Source: Mobula hypostoma (lineage: Eukaryota). Taken from it: DNA of 64,000 bases. The stretch covers positions 131,194,001-131,258,000 of the forward strand of contig NC_086097.1 in assembly GCF_963921235.1 (NCBI RefSeq), read 5' to 3'. Below the pieces are notes generated by a model, which saw only the letters and a list, made by a program, of their open reading frames with translations, made no database searches and was not told the DNA's origin. Below are positions 13,712 through 26,750 of the stretch, one piece after another (the stretch's first letter is position 1; the number at the start of each line of letters is the position of its first letter). The position numbers and the translations under genes were made by a program.

Positions 13712-14503
13712 CAGTGGATTCTGCTTAATTGGGACAGCCACTTATTTGGGAAAACTTTTAAAGAACAAAAACTAATCGAGAGAATTGCCAGGATCTCCTT
13801 CATTTATTTGGGGCACTATGCTACTTAATTGGAATAGGAGACTTGCCGAACAGTTTCTAACTAGTGTCAGTCATGCACACTTGTGTGGCTGTTAGATGGT
13901 ACACTGCGCTAAGAGCTAACAGTTTTTAAATAGTGTCAGTTGTGTGTGTTTGTGTTCAAAAAGCAGTGATTTTTGTCACTGATAGTTGACCAGAAATTAT
14001 CAGTAAGACAATTCAGAACCGTTTTGCTCACTCCGGTTTGAAGCACTCAGGCTTGGAGATGCCAGAAACAGCCAGGAGTGAAAATGGAACAATTTCACTA
14101 TTTCAACAAGTTAGGGACTATGAAGAATTTGAAGGTATCGACAATCCTTCAAATTGAATGTTAAAATGAATATGAATATTTGGAGCTTGCAATTGCTATG
14201 CCATCGTATGAAGGGAGTCCATTATTTGCACTTGGTGTCTGTGCTGATTCTTTGCATTGTGTACACTGGATGAATTCCTCCACTGTTAACTATTAGGAAC
14301 TAACATGCAATTTTGTAGTTCTTCAGTAGTTTTGTAGTGTTCTACCTTGTTCTGTATTTCACTTAACGTTCGTAAATACATTATTTGTTACTCAGTTAAA
14401 TGGCAGCATTACTTTTTTATACCTTTTTAACTATTTCAGCGAATAGGGGCAGCTGTCTAATTGGGCCAAAATGTACTGTGTCCCAATGAACCAGAATCCA
14501 CTG
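13712..14503. mobile_element. Non-autonomous pogo/Tigger-like (Tc1-mariner superfamily) DNA transposon, ~790 bp
   Basis: TIRs are cagtggattctgcttaattgggaca and tgtcccaatgaaccagaatccactg, with TA on the left (CA on the right). It has subterminal ttaattggg-like repeats. Confidence 0.8.
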
Positions 14504-14660
14504 CATTTGATTAGGTCCCATTTTTCAGACATTAAAGCTCAAGTCTTTACATTTGCTGTGCCAACATTGTGTTTGAGATTTACATTTGCAGGTTCATGGT
14601 TAAAAGAGAAGCCGCCGATATATGTTCTTATCACTAATTTATACATCAAAATGATCTTAC

Positions 14661-17600
14661 CTTAAGATTCCCTTTTGTTGTAAAGGCTCTGCCACAGATT
14701 GTGCAGCCAAAAGGCTTTTCGCCAGTGTGAGTGCGCTCATGGATCTGAAGAGCACTTGCAGAAGAAAAGGTCTTCCCACACGACGGACAGTTATGCTGCT
14801 TGGGAGTCCGACGAGGTGGCGGTGCCAGAATGGGTGTCATACCTGGACTCATAGCTGTCTGTGGTGCAGATGGAGCCTGTATACCAACTGGAACCTGCGT
14901 GCCTTCACCTAGGGAGATCGGCTTGCTGTGACCATTGACTTCCATTTTGACCACGGTTGGTGCAGTGCTGGTGACCAGGCTAGGAGTACTTTGGGTGGGA
15001 CCTAGAGTGGAGTTGGGTTCAAATAACTGAGAAGGAAGTTCTTTCATCTTGTGAGTCAGTAAGTGCTGTTTTAAATTACCCATAGTGGAGCAACCACGAT
15101 TGCAGATTGTGCAAAGGAATGGACGCTCTTTAGTATGGCTGCGGTAGTGAATTTCCAACGCACTTTTACAAGCAAAAGGTTTCCCACAGATACTACAAAC
15201 AGTACTTTTCAACTTACCACATTCTTGGTTGGGGAACAGCATACTAAAAGCCTCTTCTTTGATGATCGGCCGGGTCAGGTTGTTGGCTGTCAGATCAAGT
15301 GCTCCTCCATTCTCCCGATGAGTTGATGGACTGTCCACTTTTTCTAATTTCACCGGAGTCTCATGCGGCTCCTCGTGGTTGCCAAAGCCTGGTGACTTTG
15401 ATCTTTGACTCCCAGCGTTACTGGGCGCGGGTGACAATGCCTGCATCGAGGAAGAGCATTCCGACAGCGCAGGGCTACCAGCACTTTGACTTTCCAGATC
15501 ACCCACAGCAGAGGAAGAGTCATTCGTTAAGCGATCGCTTTCCATGGATCCGTTTTCAACAGATTTCACAATCTGCGATCGCTGCTGGGTGCCTAGAGCA
15601 CAATCTATCATCTTCATCTGATTCTCTAGTGCGGCGATGTTGGATATCACTGAAGGTGGTGAGTTGGGCGAGGAGCCGGAAGAGCACAACAACTGTTTTG
15701 AAGACTCCGTTGAGGCAATGTTTAATTCCGCCTCCTCGTCCACTGAATTTTCATCCATCAGTTCATCGTCCGGGTAGTTGCTCATTAGTTCTGCATTCAT
15801 TTCATCACAGGTTAAGTCTCTGTCCAGGCTGTCAGATAAGCTTTCTGGCAATGGAGTGTTGGGGATCTGGCCACCCATGTGCATGCGAATATGCTGCTGT
15901 AAAACCACGGCATTTGTGAATTTCTTCTGGCAAATGGGGCAAGAGTGCTGTACTCGAAGGGGGGGCTTTGCACGGTGAACGCCAAAGTGTGTCTTTAAGT
16001 TCCCCTTGGTGGTAAAAGCCCGCCCACAGATCTTGCATTTAAATGGCCTCTCACCCGTGTGCGTGCGGTAGTGCATCTTCAGAGCACTCTGACAACTGAG
16101 AACACGGTGACAGATAACGCACTGGTTGGGGTCTGTCATCTTTTTGTCAATGTTCTCCACCAACTGCTGCAGCTTTGAGGTCTCAGATGTTTGCATAGAA
16201 TCCAACAAACCACCAAAGGGAAACTTTGCCTTGAACTGATCGGATATGATGGGGAGCAGAGGGCTGGGGAGGGTCGTGGGAATGCTGTTCACTCCACTCT
16301 CTGTGCATGTAGTGAATGTGGTGGAGCACACAGCTGATGAAACCGACTGTCCAGACGCACAGCCTTCTACCGCCTTGAAACCAGAGGCAGGTACATTCAC
16401 ACCTTGGACCATTGAAACAATACTACCACCAGTGATTGACTGCGGAGACTCTGCGGTTATCGGAATGCTGGAATCGTTCTTGTTCATATTTGGTGACAAG
16501 GAAGCACATTCGCTCGATGGAGGTGATGGTCTTTGGGGTGACCTGCTTAATGGAGTCACCGTTGGGGATTCACTAGTAATGTTTGACAGAGTTGGAGGCA
16601 ACTGTAATCCAACTGATGTTGGTATGGTTGACAGCACAGGCTTGGTGTCCAACCAGGTCGTCACTGGTTTTTCAGGTGGCAAGGACATTCCATATGGGAT
16701 ACCAGTGCTAGTAGGTACATTATCTAGGTATTCAGGAACTGGATATGGATTCATCTGGATGTGAGGGTATTTTTCTTTGTGCCTCTGGAAGTGTACTTTG
16801 AGATTGCCTTTGGTGGAAAACCGATTTCCGCAAATATTACACTTGAATGGTCTCTCTCCAGTGTGAGACCGCAGGTGAATCTGCAACGCACTGTCACTTC
16901 CGAAGACCTTCGCACAAAACCTACACTTATGCTTGAAAAATGGATCTTCTGAACTTGTTTTAGGGTCAAACACAGAGACGTTGGGTGGTTTCCCTTTGCG
17001 ATGTTTCATAAGGGCAGCCAGTGGATCCAGAGCATTGGTTGTGGCAGCGATGCTGACCAGGGGGTTTGGAAAGATCACACCACTTGAGGAATTCTGAGGT
17101 AGCAGCGAGTTAGGCATGCTGGAAGCTGCACTGAGGAGACTACCATGTGCAAGTGATGAAGTCGAATACTGCAACTGAGAGGAAGTGTTATTTGTGCTTG
17201 AACTGGAACTTGGAGTCAGGGAGGATGTAATTCCACTTGTGGTTGGAGGCAAAGTGGATTCTAGTCTTGGTGACACACTACTGGGTAGAACAGGAGTGCT
17301 AGCCCCAGAGGCTGGCTGAGCGATCTGCTGGGAGCCGTCAAAAGCCGAAGTGTGGGCGCTGGGTGCCTGCACTGTGCTGGAAGCTGAGATAACGCCTGAC
17401 AGGGGGTTGGAAGGATGCTCGCTGAAGGAAGCATGCTGGCTAGCGGCAGATACGGGAGTACCTTGGGAGGGTGCAGAAGGGTTTGGTGGGTGCAGTGGCT
17501 GTGGATTCATCATCGCCACCTGGTTGCGAATTTGTTCGATGAGTTGCAGCTGGTGCAGCTGTTGCTGCTGCAGAGCCACCAACTGCTCTAGGATCATAGG

Positions 17601-18145
17601 AATAGCCATGGTGGGTATGGTATGACTTGAAGTGGGGCTGTTAGATCTGGTGTCCTGGGAAAACTGTGCTACTGCCACCTTTGTGCTCTGCAAGGTCTCT
17701 AAAGTTACATTAGTGTTTGGCATGTTATAACTGGTCATGGAAGATGATTCTGAGATCTGAGGTAGCAAAGTAGCAGTGCTGGAGGACCCTTGATTCTGGA
17801 ACCCTTTGTCGATGGATGCATCCACCTCCATCGGCTCGTCTTGCTCGGCAATCTTTACCTCAGAGCAGTCGTTCCCCTCTAGCGGGCCATTGTCCTCACC
17901 AGCTTCACTCTCTGCCTGATCACTTGGGCTACTGGCAGGGGAAGCCTCGGGGAATTCTTCTGAGTGTGCTGCCTCCTCGTCGTTGACGATTAGGACTAGC
18001 GGGTTCTTTGTGCAATTCTTCTGGTGCTCCATGAAGTCAGGCCACTTGAAGAACTCTGCACAGCATTTCTCACAGATGTGTGTTTCCTCACTTCCACTCC
18101 TACTTTCATTCCCACTATCAGCATCGTCCGGTCCTTCCCCTGGGA
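14661..18145 (-). CDS. SALL3: SALL3 coding exon 2 (3485 nt): C2HC finger, Q-rich region, ZF clusters 1-3 and most of cluster 4
   Basis: Lies within ORF 14646..18221. The acceptor ttccttgtag|TC CCA GGG is phase 1, matching exon 1, and the donor is AAG|gtaagat. It encodes [22 protein letters not shown], the SAL boxes FSTKGNLK and FTTKGNLK, and the SALL3-type cluster 3 sequence CSTMGNLK. Confidence 0.97.
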
Positions 18146-19979
18146 CTACAAGGAAATGAAAGGGACACGTCAAGCAGTGACTTGCTGGACAACCCCTCCC
18201 TCCAATTTCAAGTTTTTGCACATAACTAAAATCAATATTTTTTTATTTTGTACAAATTACCTCACTTCAATACATCTCAGGTCCCTCTGTGTGTATTCTA
18301 TCACTCCTTCTGCCTAGCTAATCATTTTCTTTGCACAATCCATCAAATTATGAAGCCCTATCAATTGTGGATACTGCTGCTTAATGAAATTCCATAGGAG
18401 CTATTGATTTCCAATATTTTCATACAATTCACAGCTGCCTTGTCTGTTGGGTACAAATCAAGCCTTTGATGGACTCATTAGGATTCCCCTTTACCATCAG
18501 GTTTCCTCATTTCCAACAAAATTAGAGAAGTCTTTGTCAGTTCACTTGACATGACTAAACTAATCTGTAACCTTTCTGGCTCAAATCAGTAGCTGACAGG
18601 ACAAACTGGCCCTCTGTTACTCAAATGTGGTGTTGGACTGACCAGATTTATTATCTTTATACAGCATGAAGGCAGTATGGATTTAATGCTAGTCTATATA
18701 TTGTCTTAAATCAATGACCGTACCTTTAGTTGCTTCTGAAACCTGAAGTGCCGTGCACCCTTACACATTAATGAAGGTGTAGTATCTTTCAGAGCTCTGC
18801 CCAATTTAGCTAAATTAATTATTTCCTGTGCTGGCAGGGGGAAAAAGCAAAGTCTGTGCTATATCTATTAACAGTTGTTGATAGAGACCCAGACCATTAA
18901 AACTTTGAAAAACAGAAGGCCATATTATGAGTGGTGATTTCTTAACTGAACAAAACTGAAACTATCACTGTTATGATAGAGCCAGGATTTAGACTTTCTT
19001 TGGCAGCAAAATATTTTTATGATCCTCAATAAGCCCTTCATATATTAGTACACTACCTTCAGTCTTTTATGCTCCTGCATTACGAGGAAGTGACTTAAAA
19101 AAAGCTTAGTTAGTCAGCATATAAGGAAGTTTGGTACCTATAGTATTTATACAAAAGAACCCTTGGGCACTGACTCATCTTGTGCTCAAGAAATACCATG
19201 GTTTTCGTCTGTGTCAGGAAAATTACTAATTGGTAATTACTGTTGTATGTTTTCACTTTTCTGAACTGGACTTACTACTGCATGCCGAACAACAGCCAAC
19301 ATAATCAGAATTGGGTATACTATCCCTTAAATATGTCAAGAAATTTGTTGTTTTTGGGTAGCAGTACAGTGCAATGTATAAAAATACTGTTAAGATACAA
19401 TAAGGAATATATAAAAATATTTTAAAAAGTGCAAAAAAGAGCAAAGTAGTGAACTGGTTCATGGACTATTCAGAAAACATTTAAGAAACAGAATTTGAAT
19501 GGATAGCTGACCAATTAAGTAATTTATAAGCTAACTTAAAGTTTAGTTTTGGTTGCTAGCACAGCATAAGATGACATTAATGTCAAGTGGAGGCATCCAT
19601 CACTTTTCCCACTTTCTACCTTTCTAAATTATTGGTTGGCTATTCAGCTTGCTGGAAGTCAGAGGAAATATTGACTTGTCAGTGTTTTCTGCATTTTGTG
19701 TAAGACAAGGATTCTCTACAGTGGTGCAGTTGGTTAAGGCAGCGTGGTGTTGTGCCAGTGTGGTTATAGGGCCAGCTCACTGTGGCAGAGCACCCATTTG
19801 CAATTCTCTTTCAGCAATAAGCTGTTTGTAGGGTGTTGGGTAATGGCACCTGGTCATTACCCAACTTCATCTAACTACCCACGTGTATGGGAATTGGTCC
19901 CTGCAGCCAGATGTGGTCAATGCTATGGGAGGTGATCGCAACCTTATAACAGTATTGTCTGCACCCGATATTAGCTTGT

Positions 19980-20345
19980 GTCAGCTGTGGCTCAGTTCTT
20001 GTCACTATGTCGGAAGCCTCTGGGTTTAAGTCCAACATCAGTGACTAGAGCACATGGTTTTAGTACTGACAAAGAGTTCTTCCAACAGTTGAAACATTAA
20101 AGCAAGGCTCCATCTACTTTCACGTGGGTGTAAAAAATCCACAACACTGTTCCAAAGAAGAGCAGTGAAGTTATCTGTGGTGATTTGGTCAGTGTTTATC
20201 ACTCCCTCTATAGAGTACCTTCTCAGTAACACTGAGTGTGGCACACTTTTAGTGTGACCAATCTAGCTGCCACCATTTCCTCCACAGTATTGAATATCAA
20301 AATTACTTGATTGGGTGAAAAGTGCTCTGCCATGATCTGATATTT
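19980..20345 (+). mobile_element. DeuSINE (SacSINE1-like) old copy
   Basis: tRNA-like head (gctgtggctcagtt...gggtttaagtcc), a Deu-like core (acactgttccaaagaagagcag...ctagctgccaccatttcct) and an L2-like tail. Confidence 0.7.
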
Positions 20346-22298
20346 GCCTTGGAGGTGCTGCAGTGTAGATTCGCGAGACTGATTCAATGATAATTGCTTG
20401 CATCTGTAGCATGCACATCTTTTCAGCATTGCAAGAAATCACTTACTCTCATAGGGTCAAACTGCACATTCACAGGCCATTTTGCCCATTGAGTTTGTAC
20501 TGATTGTCAACCACCTATTTACTGTGCTAGTTTGTGTTTCTCACATTCCCATCAACTTCCCCCAGATGAAACCACTCACACTTGGGACAATTAACGGTGG
20601 TCAACTAACTTACCAAGCCTGGCATTGAAGGGATGTGCTACAAGCAATGCTGGCCCAAACTCTGGACTTGAGGAGAAGGATCAGTGAAACACATAAACCA
20701 GAAGTGCTTTTCCTCAAGATAGTGCAAGGTAGCCACTGAAATGGTCTGGCTGAAATGTCTAGATCCTGAGGACATAGTCTCAGGAAAAATCAATCCAAGA
20801 TGAGGAGAAAATTATTTAGTCAGTGGGTTAGGTGTTCATGAATTCTTCACCTGCTAGAGTAATTGTTGAATGTACACAAAGGCAAATTTTTGCTCACTAT
20901 AATTATCAGATAGTTCGAAAGTGAGATTGAGGAAATGGGATCTTACTGAATGCAAACAGTTCAGGTGGAATCTATGGCCCATTCCTGCTCCTGTTTCTTT
21001 AATTTCAAGGTACACTAATACCTCTGGCTCCTGAGGGGGTATATCAGTGTGAAGCATGTCAGAAGTGTTCTCGATGACTCTGGGTTGGGGAGAGGCGATA
21101 AAGGAAATCAGTCAGGGTTACTGTTACCAGCCAGCCAGTCTTGCTCTATTATCTGTGTGTGGGTATGGCGCTTTGTACACTGAACAAGTGATGACCCTCT
21201 ACATGCTGTTCTGATTTTAACTGCACTGAATCAAAGCTACGTGGCGTCCCTGCAGGGAAGCAATATCAGATTAATGGAACCGTTGTCACGTTGTCATGAC
21301 TCCACCTCTCAGCAGCCAGCAGTAAAGAGCATTAACTGAGGTCTGGAAACAGGCTGTGAGCTGGTCCTCCTGACAGGAAACTCATAAAACCCACTGGGGC
21401 TTTGACTATAATGGAGAGACTACAGAGGCAGCGTGTCCTTCATGGGGTGTGAATGGGTGATCAATATGTACAAAAATGAAAGATCTTTGCAAAGCTAATA
21501 ACTAACAGGGGTGTAGTTGGCACGTGGATGACACTGTGCTGATACTATATGCATTTCTATGAGCATATGTTTGTTCCTAAGGAGTCTTTCAGATTTAGCA
21601 CTTGCATTTTACTTACATCAGTCACAATAGCTACTATTTGAAATTAATTAACTGGGGTGTTCTGTGGTGCTATGTAAATTCATGCCTCTTTTTAAGAATG
21701 ATAGTACAAAGCTGCCCTCTATAGTTTTACCTTTTAGCATTTCTGATCCTAGCTGCTCTGAATTGAAGCCTTGTGATGTCCCTGTAGGGAATGGATATTT
21801 CAAGTCATTGCTTTTGATATCTAGCACATTGCAATTTTAAGAAAACATCTTTTGATTTCTGAGAGGCCACAGTACTTAATTCGATGTCACAAACACATTT
21901 AATTAAATATTGAACAAAAGACTGCTCATATTAAATGAATGTTACTTATTGATGTGTGAATTCATATTGTGCTTGGGCACAAATTTGTCACAAAAATAAC
22001 ACTGTGGTATTTGTTTGCCTTCTGTTGTTTAAACTAAATGCTCTGTGTTGGGTGTTGAACCCTGTTTCCGAAAAAACAGTTCCATTGAAGTATTTCAGAA
22101 TATGCTGCTAATTCATATCATTAGCATATGTAACAGAGGGCAAATTTCTACACTTGTAACCTTCATGCAAACATAATTGGAAATGAGATAGTATGAAGGT
22201 TAACAGCTTCTGATTTTTCTACAAAGATTATGAAGTATAGTACCAAGAATGGCATAGACAAAGTTTGGTGAGCAATATTCAACAAATAAATTAGGGAT

Positions 22299-22532
22299 TA
22301 ATAAACTCTTCTCAGGCTTCCAGCTGAGTACAGGTATCCATTTGAACTGGTGTTTCAATGACAACCTCTGCTATCTTCATCAGGGATGATGCCTGGACAT
22401 GTCTAGTCCGGTGGTATTTATACCCTGGTAGTCTGTCTCTTAAACGTCAGTTAAAATTGATACCTGTACCTGCTGAAAGCCCGAGAAGAGTTTATTTGTC
22501 ATATACGCCAGGAAAGCACTAGATCCTTTTTC
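22299..22532. mobile_element. Penelope-like element remnant with inverted terminal repeats and 11-bp flanking direct repeat
   Basis: 22300-22355 is the imperfect reverse complement of 22441-22497. aaattagggat occurs at 22288-22298 and 22533-22543. Confidence 0.75.
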
Positions 22533-22874
22533 AAATTAGGGATAGTGCAGCCACTGGGTGATCTAAAAAGAAATTAAGAAATGGACTAAGCACCTTTCAG
22601 ATGAAAGAGTAAATCAAGTTTGCTCCTGTCCTGACAAATAAAAAGCCCCTCACTTCATTCAAAGAAAAATTGTTGCTTTACTTGTACTTATCCATTACTT
22701 TAACACTTATGAGGCAGATTACCTGATCCTAATCTCACTGTTATTTTAGAGGAGTGTCCTGGGTCCAAAGGAGATGCTGCGCTTTCCTATATTACAATAG
22801 TTTGCAAATATACTGTAAAGAAGTTTAAGACTATTACAATAGTTTGCAAGTAGATTGTAAAACCTACTAAGAAT

Positions 22875-23135
22875 GGCATGGCGGAGCAAGTGGCAGAGAT
22901 GCTACCTCACTGCACCTCCAGAAACCTGGGTTCAGCTCTGTCCTCTGCTACATGTTCTTGCTGTGCCCCACTTTCCATTCACATACCAAAAAGGTGCAGG
23001 ATGATAGGTTAAATGGCCATTGCGTATTGTCCCTAGTGTAGCTGGGTGGTGGAGTTGTAGGGGGAATAGGGCAAATTAGTGGAGGAATGGAATTGTTCTG
23101 TCCGCTGGCAGAGATTCAATGGGTAGGATGGCTAG
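22875..23135 (+). mobile_element. tRNA-derived HE1/V-SINE-like element
   Basis: ggcatggcggagcaagtgg...cctgggttcagct head, then ggttaaatggccattgcgtattgtccctagtgta, then a CR1-like tail. Confidence 0.65.
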
Positions 23136-23859
23136 GTTGGTAAGGAAACATGAAAACTTTTTAGATGTGTTCTGGGATTGTGAAAGGCATAACAGAAATG
23201 TTAGCCTTTCTTTTTCCATAAAGCTTTACAGAGAACAATTTAAATAATTTGAGGAATTATAGGATAGTGTTTAGTAATAAGACTTAAATTAATTTGCAGA
23301 GAGACAACATAGAATTATTTTCAACCTGTTCTTCTTTAATAAGCTTTCAGTAAAAAAAATCTTACTGATTGATTTCAAATTCACCCTCATCCTCTTTTGA
23401 AAAAAAGGCATTTTGCTGCTTTATTTAATTTGTCAGGAAAGAGCTCCGTCTCCCTGTGAACAGTGACATATAAAATAATAGGAAATAGGAAGAGAGTTGC
23501 CATGCTGTAACCCAGCCTAAAAATTCAGATGAGGTCAAGTGGTTTTGAAACCCTTTTTGTAATCTTGAAATTTCATTACTACAAATCTTTCCTTTGTATA
23601 TAGAATTTACCACAGCTCAGAAAATAATAATTATAAAAACATATTGCTAAAACCTCCAGCAACACTGCATTTGGTTGTATCCATGTTGCAAAATAAGTGT
23701 CAGGCACAGAATTACAGGATTGTGTTGCGCCAAATGTTGTAACATCCAAACTGGTGAAATGTGCCAACGTAGGAAGAAGTGGCCTTTGCCTGGTATATAA
23801 AACCCTAATGCCGAAAACGTGGCCATTTGGCCCATCTGATCTGTGCCGATTCACTGAAA

Positions 23860-24345
23860 AGCAATGAGACTCTTCACATTTTTGTATAGACAGACAGTAG
23901 AAATATTCAGATTGGTCGCATTACAGCCTGGTATGCTGGTTCCAATGCACAGGATCGTAAAAAGGTAGAGTGTTTAGTCACCCAGCTACATTGTGGGTAC
24001 AACCCTCCCCACCATTGAAGCATCTTCAAGAGGTTGTGCCTCAAGAAGGTGAAATCCATCACTTAGGACACTCTACCCTCTTTTTAGGTCAGACCCTCTT
24101 CTTGTTACTACCATCAGGGAGGAGGTACAGGAGCCTGAGGATGTAACGATTCAGAAACAGTATCTTCCCTTTTGCCAATAGATTTCTGGAAGGTCCACAA
24201 ACCCATGAACACTACCCCGTTATTCCTCTGTTTCTATCTTATGTAATATATAGCAATTTCACATTTTTATATGTACTGCTGCTGCAAAACAACAAATCTT
24301 ACATCAACAAAGTCAGTGATAATGAATTTGATTGTTTCTGATCCC
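23860..24345 (+). mobile_element. Rex1/Babar LINE 3' fragment
   Basis: cattacagcctggtatg...ctaccatcagggaggaggtacaggagcctgagg...gctgctgcaaaacaacaaat tail. Confidence 0.75.
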
Positions 24346-24729
24346 CACTCTACAATGCAGAAAACAACTCTTCTGTCCACTGTGTCCTTTCCGATCATCA
24401 AGTACCCACCTATACCAATACCAGCAGCTGGCATGCCACCTTCTAAGTCTTGGCAATTCAAGTGCTTGCAGATATCTCCCAAATATTATGTGGGTACCTA
24501 CTTCCACTACCCCTTCAGGCAGTATATTTCAAATTCCAACCATCCTTCTTGGTGAAAAGAAAATCCTGAGATTCTTACCCCTGGCCTTAGCCTCTGTACT
24601 CTTCCTTTAGACACCTCTGCTACAGGCAAAAATTTCCTGCTGTTTGCCCTGTCCCAGAAATGTACCACATTTTATTTGTCGAAGTGCTTATCCAAATCCC
24701 TTTGAAAGTGAATATTGAATACTTTTAAT

Positions 24730-24985
24730 ATCCTGAGACACAGCCTTTAAAACTGAGATGAGAAGGAATTTCTTCAGCCAGAGGGTGGTGAATTTGTGGA
24801 AAATTTTGCCACGGGGACAGTAGAGGTCAAGTCCTGGGGTATATTTAAAGCAAAAATTATTAGGTTCTTGATTGGTAAAGGGATCAGGCAAGGAATCGGA
24901 TAGAAAAAAATCAACTATAATTTAACTTTGGGGCAGACTGAATGGGCTGAATGGCCAGATTCTACTCCTATATCTCATGGTTTTA
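24730..24985 (+). mobile_element. CR1-clade LINE 3' fragment
   Basis: gagatgagaaggaatttcttcagccagagggtggtgaatttgtggaa (RRNFFSQRVVNLW), followed by a gggctgaatggcc...tactccta tail. Confidence 0.8.
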
Positions 24986-26539
24986 TATTTCCACTAGCCT
25001 TTCAAACTGCATCAAGCTGATGTTCAAAAAAGCGCCCATCTCAATTTGTTTTGTCAATTGGCCTAAGCTGTCGTCTGGCTACAGATCCAACAGCCAATAG
25101 AAACGACTTAATTTTAAGCAGTCTATCAAAGTGCTTTGTAACTTAGGTGTTTCGGAAACAGGTTCAAGATGAGGCATGCCTGTTCTTAAGTCATAGTTCA
25201 ACAACATGGCTCTGCACTTCACCAAAGACATCACTGTATATTAGGTTCAAGCAGTAGTAACAAGACAGAGAAATAAAAGTTTTTAAACATTCTCTTTGAA
25301 GCTTTCTCAAGGCTATTAAATATGGTCAACAACCTAGCCTGCTGCGTTGGTGATCTCAGTGCACCACTCTCTGGACTTCTTCAGGAAAGCACAGGGGAGT
25401 GGGGAGGGGACCTGCCACTATCTCACTCCAATGGCAAAACAGACAACACCCCGGAAAATGGGTTGGAGGTTATGTTGGGTTCAAAGCAATGTGTGGAGCT
25501 CACCATCCTGCCAAAGAGGAAAATACAGACCTTTGTGTGTTTCAAATTCTCTGCTCTGTTATTTATTTTGAGTGGGTTAATGCCTCTGCTGAAATAACAG
25601 AGAGGAATTTTAGCTGAATGTGTCAAGTGTTTCAACTGTAGTGTCCTAGATTGCAACTTGGGGGCTTAGGTTTTTGCAAAGGTTATTAAACTACAACCAA
25701 AGGAATTTATGTAACCTATTATTCTAAATATATTGTCACAATTAATAATCAGTTTTACTATTGTAAACCCATGTCTATGAAGTACATAGAAACTGAAAAT
25801 TCAAGGCTCCTCTAAACTTCTATGTTACGTTAATTGGTGGACACAGAAATAAAATACTGAGTTTACAAAAATGTAAACATGCCAACAGCAGGGACCAGGC
25901 TAATTAAATACTGAAGGACAGGAAAACTTTGGTTGAAGATATCATTTAATGTAGACAAATGCAGAGGCCATGCAGCACTTGCTGGGATTGCTTACTTTAG
26001 CAATCAATTCCAATGCTTTAGAATGATTGGAAGTCTGGGCTTGCAGTCTGGTTTCTGGTGCCCTCTTGCACCAGAACCACAAAATATTTGCACCAAAAAA
26101 GACTTGGCATTAAGACCCAAAAACTAGTTGAATATAAATATTCTGAAGTAATAGACACAAATTTAGAAAAGCGGGTTGGAAAAGCAGTTTAGATTGTCCT
26201 GTTTTATGCATGGGCTGGCAAATACACAGGGGCTAACTGTATTTGTTAACTCAACAGAGAATTGGCTAAGTACCTGCTGAAAAAAGAATTGATACAGAGT
26301 TATGAGAATTATTTTGGATATGATAGTTCTGAGGCCCTAGGAGCAAACAAATCTTTCCTGGCCTGTACATTCTTGTGTTTCTATAATCACCCTATTGGGA
26401 ATTAATGCAATTACAAACTGCAAGGTCTGATATTCCATATTAATCAACTTAACTAAAACCTTTCAACCAAAGCTCAGAAATGTTAGGAAGCAGCAATAGT
26501 TTATTTACTTAAGGAAGTCTGATTTAAGAGGCAAAATTG

Positions 26540-26750
26540 AATGTTGGGAATGAACAGATTGTTTGATCAACTCACATGGGGAGAGAAAAAGTTCATACTT
26601 ATTAAGTGCACTCTGGCCTGAAGAGCTTTGTACCCAGTGAAGTACTTCTGAAATGTATTCATTGTTGTACTGTGGGGAAATGCAACCACCAATATGCACA
26701 CTGCAAGGTCTCATAACTAGAAACGAACTGAACAACCACTCAATGGGAAT
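26540..26750 (-). mobile_element. DeuSINE core/tail fragment
   Basis: The minus strand reads gaccttgcagtgtgcatattggtggttgcatttcccc...acaacaatgaatacatttcagaagtacttcactgg. Confidence 0.6.

Noticed and set aside
15027..15040. Alternative exitron acceptor ttccttctcag
   Set aside because: It is phase 0 and so incompatible with the phase-1 donor at 15217; using it would frameshift.
14661..18145. Assignment as SALL1 or SALL4
   Set aside because: The N-terminus KPQHLKSDEE, the [11 protein letters not shown] finger, the cluster-3 CSTMGNLK and the C-terminal KEIGIN fit SALL3. A phylogenetic tree would confirm this.
18146..18221. N-terminal extension MQKLEIGG... of the 1191-aa ORF as the real start
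   Set aside because: It begins at GTG in intronic sequence upstream of a good acceptor. The true N-terminus MSRRKQAKPQH is in exon 1 at 61993.
14727..18317. Antisense or alternative-frame ORFs over exon 2 (e.g. 15299..15919, 16246..16764)
   Set aside because: These are shadows of the SALL3 coding sequence with no recognisable domains.
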